A stretch of 63,027 nt of DNA, the filler included, from Bigelowiella natans CCMP2755 (lineage: Eukaryota > Protista > Cercozoa), in NCBI GenBank assembly GCA_000320545.1. It is 6 parts of 6 records of this genome, joined end to end, with 100 filler letters (N's around TTAATTAATTAA, not from the genome) between each part and the next. Parts side by side here need not be neighbours in the genome. Positions count along the whole stretch, not along the records: positions 56,147 to 61,834 come from ADNK01003621.1; positions 61,935 to 63,027 come from ADNK01002720.1; 4 more parts are not named here. The stretch is one strand, 5' to 3'. How positions within the stretch are numbered: the first letter of the stretch is position 1; each line of letters starts with the position of its first letter. The notes below the pieces were generated by a model. The model searched no databases. It saw only the letters and a program-made list of their open reading frames with translations, and had not been told where the DNA came from. Below are positions 56,150 to 63,027 of this stretch, piece by piece. Position numbers and translations under genes: made by a program.

Positions 56150-59100
56150 TTACCCATAGGCCTCGTTGTAGTATCCACCCCAGAAGGGGTCTTGTTTATT
56201 TCTCGATCTCAGATTTACCTTGGCCCTAACATACTGTCCTTCCTTTAGAACTCGGCCATCGTACGGGACCTTCTCGTCTTCGCTCTCGGTATCGTCGTCG
56301 TTGTCGTCGCCTTCTTCCCTCTCCTTATCCTTGATACCTCCCCCAGACGTGAAGGTGTCGTTTACTAACCCTTGTATCTTGTCTGGTGTGGTGCTATTTA
56401 TCCTGCTTAGGTTGGCCAAGGTGCGGTGGAGTCGCTCTACCTTGGAGTTGGACTGGGCATAGTATACAGGTGAGGCATCAATATTAGGGTGTGGTAGCTG
56501 TAGAAGAGAGGTCTCATTATCCACATGTAACTTCTTTGGTATCTTGTTTATGCTAACTTCATCAGGGATAGCCTGGAGCTCAGACTCCCAGGTACGGTAG
56601 CAGTTAGTAAGCCTCTGCTTATATAAGCCTTTGTTCTTCTTAGCAACGTTGACCTTGATAATCTTTTTAACCCAGCACTTTCCAGTGGCCACATCAACGA
56701 AGGTAAGGTAGTGATAGCCATCGTACTTATAAACATCAATTTGCACGATATCTAAGAAGTTCCTTGCTTTGATTTTCTTAGATGCACGGCTCTTGCTGGA
56801 CTCCTTGGTGGCGACGCCTGCCGCCTTCAAGCTGGAGCACCTGCAGCCACGCAGGTATGTCCTTATCTCTTTTAGCTTGTAGGGCCAGTAGTAATGGTAG
56901 AGTAGAGCAGTGATATGGTTTTCTCCTACGTGTGCAGGTCCATGGGCGGTAAAGAGAAGGGCTCCCCTGGTCCGCCGTGGCACGTAGGTACGCCTAACAT
57001 TATTAGTGTATACATATATCCTATCACTAAGTACCTCATGCTTGTGTTTGTATTTATCCAGGTGTTCTTGAAGGTGCTGGAGCTCCTCTGGCTCAGGCAG
57101 GAAGTCGCCGTCCTCGAAGGTAATCGCGTTAACCCTAGGGGTGACCTGGGTAGGGACTTTCTTTTCGAACAGCCTGCTGAAATAGTCAGCAAGCTGCTTG
57201 TCTCCTGGTGCGTAGACCACTGTCCTCTTGTCCCTAAACTCTTCCGTGTCCGCCCTCATAGCTGCATACTCATCGTTAGGCGCTTCGAGCTTGCGGTCGA
57301 TGCCTAGGAGGGGCTTGTGGTCAGTCATTAAGGTGAAGCTGGGCACCGACAGCAGGTAGTATCTTAGTTTCCTCTGCGCCTCAGTCATGGCTTTATACTC
57401 TCCTTTTGTAGGGCTGTACTTGGCCTCAGCTGCTGTGCAGGCCCTGCCCCACACCCGTATGATCTGCTGGTCTTGGGTAAGTACAGCAGCCATACCTAGC
57501 TTAGACCAGTCTGTCCATAGGGTAGCTGGTCTAGTAGTGTCTAGCTTAGCATTCAATAGGGTGTTGCTGCATAACTTTATTAGGTTATCGAAGTGGGCAT
57601 CAAGGCCAGCCTTGGCCCACACCTTAGCGAAGCTGAGGCCTACAGAGTTCTCCTTCCGGTAAGCAGTAGTAAAAGCAGCTGCAGTCCTAGCGTAGGTAGG
57701 GGAGAACCTACGTAGTATCCAAGCTGCAGTCTGCAAGAATGACTTTAACTCCTTTGCATTCTTAGGTTTAGGGGCTTGCTGTAGTGCTGCTACTTTCTCG
57801 GGGTTTGGGGTGATGCGGCCTTGCTCCAGGTAATATCCACACCACTTGATTCTTGTAGCTAGGAATGTACACTTCTGCAGTCTAATAGTAAAACCGAAGT
57901 GTGCAAACCTAATAAATATATTTTCCAGGAGGAAGATCTGAGCGACGACTGTGTTGGTACATATTATGTCATCATCCACATACACAAACACAAACACCCA
58001 CAACACAGACGCCATCCCATCATGTGTGTATGCCCTGTAGTTCTGACTACTGAACGCATCCCCTGATATGCTTAGGCCGTAAGGGAATACGACGAAGTGC
58101 CACTTCCTGTGCCTGCTGGAGAACGCGGTAATGGGGCGGGAGGTTTTGTGGATGGGTGTCTGCATGTATGATTCATTTTTATCTAGGGAAGAGTAGTATT
58201 TGTATCCTATGACGTGTTCAATAACGTCATCTATCCTTGGTGTAGGTGTCTGGATCCTCTTTATTACTCGGTTGTGGCGGATGAAGTTGTGCGCCAGGCG
58301 GAAGAAAGGGTAAGTAGGTTTCTTAGCTAGCACATGTCTCACGTTCCATGGTGAGTTGCTTGGCTCTATCTTCCCTTCCTTTGCCCATTCATTGATCTGC
58401 CACTCTATCTTTTCCCAGTCCGCTTCCGGTCGCCTATGTTCTGGGTCATTGATGATGCACTCTTCGTATCCCTTCTTTAGCTCGATCTTTACTGGGGTAA
58501 GCTTGCTGGAGGGCTTCGTCGTCGGCTTGGTGATGTCAGAGTACTTCTCGTTTAATATTTTATTAATGTACTTTTTGCCTTTGTCGATATCCCAATCATC
58601 AGCTGGGGGGGTCTTGTCCAGTAGCTCCGTTATCTGTCGGATGGTCTTGCCGGGGTTCTTCTTCCGTAGCTCGGTAGGTGTAGGTAGCTTGTTGTCCGCT
58701 AGGTCCATAAACTCTAACGCATTAACGCTTGACTCAGAGGTCCACTCGTCAAGCCGTATCATGTTCTGGCTGATGGTCCTGCCTGACTTCTTTGGCAACT
58801 TAGCAAAGTATATCTTGTGATTGTAGAATGATATGATCCCCCCTAATTTTTCTAGGGCATCCTGTCCGAGGAGTAGTTCCATGGATAAAGTCATGGCTAC
58901 TCGGGTCTTGATTTGGGTCTCCGCGTCGCTGCCAGGTATCTGTAGCTTTAGCATTAGCTCACCGACGGTCTTCATGGAAGAGCTTCCGTCTGCTTGAGCA
59001 TATTTACGTTCTTTCTTAGTCACTTGATCCAATAGTCCTAACCTTCTTACTGTGCTTAGGCTTATGAAGGACTTCGGCATGCTGCCACTATCCCAAAGGG

Positions 59101-60646
59101 CAGGTAGTTTCTTGTAGTCTCCGTAGCTGTCTTTAACTTTAACCTTGGTCATAGCAACTTTGATAGTCCTGTTAGCGTCTTCGTCATTAATGTTGCATAC
59201 TCCTAAGTTCTTTATGTCGTCTAGGGTCATGGGCTTGTCTTGGTCCTGCGTTGCTGGTACTGCTGTCTTCGTCGGCGCCTGCTTAAGGTGATCTAATATT
59301 CCGTTTATCTGCTGCTGTATAGCATTGATACTGTTCTGCTTTTTGTTCTTATATTTATTGTTCTTCCCGTTGTTGCTGCCTTGCCATTTGCTGTTGTTAT
59401 ATCCTTGTCCTCTGCCTTTCTTTCTCTTTAACTTCTCGTAGTGTTCGTTGAGCTGCCTGATCGTCATCCTGGGTCGTCCTTCTTTCCTGTCTCTGCAGTC
59501 TTTAGCGGTGTGTTTCCCTTTACGTGAGCAGTATCCGCAACGTCGGTTACCTTCCCTGTCCTTGTACCAGTCTCGCTGCGGCTTAATAGCGTTAATGTTT
59601 CCTATGCCAGGTACCTTAGGGCTGGTAAACTTGCGGTCCTGCTCCTGCTCGCGTAGGGATATAGCCTGCACTGCTGCCTCCATCGTGGTGTAGCCTTTCT
59701 CCGTAACGTAAGTGGATTCCTTTATCTTTAACTTGAACTCTTCAAACCTTGCCTGATCATCACCTGTGTTGTAATTAAAATCATGTAGTTCGTCGATCAT
59801 ATCCTGGAAGCGCGTGGCAAAGTCTCTAACAGGTTCTCTCTCATGCTGCATCATTGCTCTGTATTTTCTAATAGCCTGGGGTAGGGAGTTAGCATCCTGT
59901 TCATTTACAAAAGCCTTCATTATCGCCTCAACGTCTCGTAGCCCACTAACTGTAGTGTGTATTTTCTCTAGCTGCCTGATCCGGGTCCTGCCTGTCTCGT
60001 AAAGGTCCATGGCTTGCTTTATTATAGCTAGCCATTTGAGCTTGTCGTTTTCGGTGGGGTTAGGGGTAAAGTCGCAGAGTATACTCCTAGCGTTCTTCCA
60101 CCACCTCCTTGCCTCACCTCTTTTCCCGTTGTATTTCGTTATCATAACCGGTGCTGTTTTAACAGACATGAACTGGGTGTTCCGCTGTACCGGCTGCTGC
60201 TGCTTGACGGTGCTCTGGGTCGTCCCCCGCGAGGCGCCCAGACCCCCGTCGTTCCTAAACAAAGCTGCCCACTCTGGAGGTAAGTCTGCTTCGTAATCCA
60301 TGATGTCCTGCATGATAGCTGCCCAAACATCATGTGTCTGATACTTGTATTCTATCGATACTTTCAGTTTGGCGTAGTTGCTCGCCCTGGGTCGCAAGGC
60401 TCGTAATGCCATTACGACCTTCTTGCTTTCGGCGGCCACGTCCTCGTCGTCCGCCTCGTAGAAGTTCTCCAGTGCCTCTGCTGCTGCATCTGCTTTCTTA
60501 ATCCCGGGTGCTGGTCCCGGCGGTGCCTGTGGAGGTGTTCCTCCTCCTTCCTTAGCGTCCGTATCGCCCTTCCTTTCCTGTTTCTGCTCGTGCCCTTGCA
60601 CGGCCTGCGAGCCAAAGTCCTGCTGTTCTTCTAGCTGCTGTGACAT
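56150..60646 (-). CDS. Gag-Pol polyprotein (the last 7 aa derive from non-element sequence at the contig end)
   Basis: Zn knuckle CGYCSRKGKHTAKDC; protease LWDSGS; RT SPWN, SSLD, PYGL, YVDD; RNase H TDWS, YSPTKGE, TDHKPL, ADYFSR; integrase H-H-C-C, QID, VDN, KVER. Confidence 0.97.
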   Translation of the reverse strand: MSQQLEEQQDFGSQAVQGHEQKQERKGDTDAKEGGGTPPQAPPGPAPGIKKADAAAEALENFYEADDEDVAAESKKVVMALRALRPRASNYAKLKVSIEYKYQTHDVWAAIMQDIMDYEADLPPEWAALFRNDGGLGASRGTTQSTVKQQQPVQRNTQFMSVKTAPVMITKYNGKRGEARRWWKNARSILCDFTPNPTENDKLKWLAIIKQAMDLYETGRTRIRQLEKIHTTVSGLRDVEAIMKAFVNEQDANSLPQAIRKYRAMMQHEREPVRDFATRFQDMIDELHDFNYNTGDDQARFEEFKLKIKESTYVTEKGYTTMEAAVQAISLREQEQDRKFTSPKVPGIGNINAIKPQRDWYKDREGNRRCGYCSRKGKHTAKDCRDRKEGRPRMTIRQLNEHYEKLKRKKGRGQGYNNSKWQGSNNGKNNKYKNKKQNSINAIQQQINGILDHLKQAPTKTAVPATQDQDKPMTLDDIKNLGVCNINDEDANRTIKVAMTKVKVKDSYGDYKKLPALWDSGSMPKSFISLSTVRRLGLLDQVTKKERKYAQADGSSSMKTVGELMLKLQIPGSDAETQIKTRVAMTLSMELLLGQDALEKLGGIISFYNHKIYFAKLPKKSGRTISQNMIRLDEWTSESSVNALEFMDLADNKLPTPTELRKKNPGKTIRQITELLDKTPPADDWDIDKGKKYINKILNEKYSDITKPTTKPSSKLTPVKIELKKGYEECIINDPEHRRPEADWEKIEWQINEWAKEGKIEPSNSPWNVRHVLAKKPTYPFFRLAHNFIRHNRVIKRIQTPTPRIDDVIEHVIGYKYYSSLDKNESYMQTPIHKTSRPITAFSSRHRKWHFVVFPYGLSISGDAFSSQNYRAYTHDGMASVLWVFVFVYVDDDIICTNTVVAQIFLLENIFIRFAHFGFTIRLQKCTFLATRIKWCGYYLEQGRITPNPEKVAALQQAPKPKNAKELKSFLQTAAWILRRFSPTYARTAAAFTTAYRKENSVGLSFAKVWAKAGLDAHFDNLIKLCSNTLLNAKLDTTRPATLWTDWSKLGMAAVLTQDQQIIRVWGRACTAAEAKYSPTKGEYKAMTEAQRKLRYYLLSVPSFTLMTDHKPLLGIDRKLEAPNDEYAAMRADTEEFRDKRTVVYAPGDKQLADYFSRLFEKKVPTQVTPRVNAITFEDGDFLPEPEELQHLQEHLDKYKHKHEVLSDRIYVYTNNVRRTYVPRRTRGALLFTAHGPAHVGENHITALLYHYYWPYKLKEIRTYLRGCRCSSLKAAGVATKESSKSRASKKIKARNFLDIVQIDVYKYDGYHYLTFVDVATGKCWVKKIIKVNVAKKNKGLYKQRLTNCYRTWESELQAIPDEVSINKIPKKLHVDNETSLLQLPHPNIDASPVYYAQSNSKVERLHRTLANLSRINSTTPDKIQGLVNDTFTSGGGIKDKEREEGDDNDDDTESEDEKVPYDGRVLKEGQYVRAKVNLRSRNKQDPFWGGYYNEAYG

Positions 60647-60662
60647 TGTTAGTCAAATCGTT

Positions 60663-60680
60663 TCCCGTGTGTGGAAGCCA
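60663..60680 (-). promoter_or_regulatory. Putative tRNA primer-binding site
   Basis: TGGCTTCCACACACGGGA begins 5 nt after the 5' LTR; cognate tRNA not identified. Confidence 0.65.
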
Positions 60681-60685
60681 AAGGT

Positions 60686-61011
60686 TGTTGCGCGTAAGGT
60701 GTTCACAGGCCGAGGCGCTACGTGCACAAGTAGGCAGGGGGGGGGGAAGGCACGTTTGCTTCCTTTTGAAGAGTTGTGTTTATTTTTATTAAAGATTATA
60801 TTTTTATTAAATCGTGCACTGCGTAATCATTCGCGAAGCTTTCGCGAATGCCGCCGCACGTGGGGCAGCACACTTCCGGTGTGCTGCCATGAGTCCCGCC
60901 GGAACCCACGTGCCTATGCTGTATTAATATCTACGTTATCTATATTCTATATCCGCGACAACCCCTTTGTTGTCGCACGTGACTTGTGCCCGCGTAGTGG
61001 TACGCGCTACA
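60686..61011 (-). repeat. 5' LTR, copy B (326 bp)
   Basis: Near-identical to 31530-31855; TG...CA termini. Confidence 0.95.
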
Positions 61012-61560
61012 TGCAGTCAGCCATCCTGCTGATGCTTTCGCATTGAACATTGGACAATGAACTTTTCATTGCTACCAAAAACCACACGTGCGAACCGCAC
61101 CGCTAGACCGTCTAGCTAGCCGCAGGAATGAACGTTGCAAGCGCTTGCTGGCTTGCCTCGCACGCTGCAATGAACGCATGCAGGCAGCGCCACAAACAAC
61201 GCGTGACGGTCGATCTGTGTCGAGCTGAATCAATGAATGAACGATGAAGCATTTCAATGGTTGATTCAAAAGGATCACAAGACGTGCTGACTCATCCACG
61301 TCCACCCACAAGCTTGCAAGGTTCAAGGTCTTGAGGTTCGTCCTCACTTCAACGCTGCAACAAGGTGTGCCATTGGCACTGCTCATACTACTAGATGTGC
61401 CTCAAAAAGACGCTTCATAGCATGGAAACACCTTTTTTGTGTCGTCAACTTCAACATGCAAGTGAGGATTTTGGACGTGCCTAGCTGCAACTAGCTAGCT
61501 AGGTGCATGGATCAGCAACATGCACCAGAACAAGCGCAGTGTCCAGCCAGCGCTCTCATT
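61012..61560. other. TpA-depleted, CTAG-sparing tract abutting the LTR
   Basis: Hand count: 12 TA in 61021-61560, 8 in CTAG; none in 61121-61380. Confidence 0.85.
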
Positions 61561-61834
61561 GTAAACATTCTCTCGTTATCGTGGTCCTCCTCGTCATCGT
61601 CTTCATCCTAACGAAGGTATTCCGGAGGTCCAACGAAGAAGTAAGCATTCACGTAGTAGTAAATGTAGTAGCAGTGTTCACGTAAGATGCCGGGCATACG
61701 CAGCAGCAGCAGCCGTTATTTGCTTCCAGGGGCTTTGACTTTCGCCAGTAGCGGAGACAATACATCAACGATGTTATCATCCCTTTCGTATTAGACCCGC
61801 AGTCGCATCATTTCATCCATGCCTACAAGTTCTT

Positions 61835-61934
61835 NNNNNNNNNNNNNNNNNNNNNNNNNNNNNNNNNNNNNNNNNNNNTTAATTAATTAANNNNNNNNNN
61901 NNNNNNNNNNNNNNNNNNNNNNNNNNNNNNNNNN
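61835..61934. other. Artificial contig spacer
   Basis: N44-TTAATTAATTAA-N44. Confidence 0.99.
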
Positions 61935-61937
61935 GGC

Positions 61938-61974
<37 letters not shown>

Positions 61975-62697
61975 GTGATGACGATGCTGGTTGAGCAATC
62001 ATTTGTACTACAAAAAATGGCGCTTGTTAATATGACAAAAACAACACAAATAATCTTTGTTTCACCGTGGCAGTGAGCCGTGTTTGTGTGTGGGGTTGGA
62101 GGGGGGGGGGGGGGGGGAGGAAAGCGTGGCCCACTACCGATAAACTTTTTACCCAAAAAAACCCCTTCCAAAAAAATATATCAATTGACATTCTATGGTC
62201 ATGCTTACCATCATACCTTGCCATCCATAGCGTACTCCCGTTTCCATGTCGCCCTGTGGACCTGTACATTGATTAATTTAATTATCTTCTAAAATGCAGT
62301 TTGATACTGCTCCTGCCATTGCTGCGATGATGAAGATAAAAGTGATGATAATGATGAAGATGAGGATGATGATGATGATGATGATGAAAGCGATCGTTTG
62401 TTTTTGTTTGTTTGCCCCATTCAGTCCAAAAAACAATTAAAGGGCAACCTGGGCAACGGTGCCGCTTGCTACAGGTTCTTCCTCGAAAGTCTCGAAAATT
62501 TCTTCGATCTCCCGTCCGAATGATTCCTGATTTTTGGGACAGCGAAAAGGGGGGGGGGGGAGATACGACACTTATTTAGCGTATTCTGTTTTAAGAAAAA
62601 AAATCCTGCCGATGCTGCACAAGGAACTAATGATTCTTTCAAATGCCCATGCGACAGAGGAAAAACTAGAAATCATTAGTCGTGTGTTTGTGTATGT

Positions 62698-62764
<67 letters not shown>

Positions 62765-62832
62765 TATATTTTTTTTTTTCTCTCGCGCGCGTGTGTGTGA
62801 AAGTTTTTTTTTTTGTGTGTGCGGGGGGGGGG

Positions 62833-62864
<32 letters not shown>

Positions 62865-63027
62865 TGTGGTGTGTTCCCCCCCCCCCCCCTCTCTCTCTCT
62901 CTCTCAAAAAATCACTCACGCGCGCGAGAGAGAGAAAATTCGAGAGATTTTTAAAAAAAAATGTATATAGCGCGCGCGCGCGAGCGAGGGGGTGTCTCTC
63001 TATTTCTGTGTGTGTGTCTCGCGCGAG

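Larger units (their letters stand above)
56175..61011 (-). mobile_element. Ty3/Gypsy LTR retrotransposon, 5' part (copy B): LTR, PBS, single gag-pol ORF
   Basis: Domain order gag, protease, RT, RNase H, integrase is diagnostic of Ty3/Gypsy; LTR shared with copy A. Confidence 0.97.

Noticed and set aside
56147-56174. Alternative polyprotein C-terminus YYNEAYG* lacking the Dam-like domain
   Set aside because: Only 28 nt at a contig edge; cannot be distinguished from an end artefact.
61935-63027. Last contig as a gene or structured repeat
   Set aside because: Low-complexity sequence with degraded homopolymer runs; no supportable feature.

Overview
Eukaryotic (protist-like) nuclear DNA with short GT-AG introns rich in microsatellites. 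The window is six contigs joined by artificial 100-nt spacers (N44-TTAATTAATTAA-N44), so adjacency across a spacer carries no information. I can support about 14 host genes: DDX21/RH7-like GUCT tail, fatty-acid elongase, unknown membrane protein, OMS1-like methyltransferase, Rib2/RibD-type deaminase with a GNAT-like tail, Cys-rich surface protein, C2H2 zinc-finger protein, neuferricin/CYB5D2, HVA22/REEP, CLC channel, FUT8/GT23-like, NADP-IDH, ABHD18-like hydrolase, NSE4 and an ankyrin protein. There are also two near-identical partial copies of a Ty3/Gypsy LTR retrotransposon. Two observations stand out. (1) Several intergenic tracts have almost no TpA dinucleotides except inside CTAG, while CpG is retained and TG/CA are abundant. 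This fits a context-specific, region-restricted A:T>G:C hypermutation, the reverse direction of fungal RIP. (2) The Gypsy polyprotein has a shortened DD(27)E integrase and ends in a degenerate DIRS-type Dam (N6-adenine methyltransferase)-like domain, at the position where chromoviruses carry a chromodomain. All counts, exon models and family assignments were made by eye; no searches were run and novelty is unverified.
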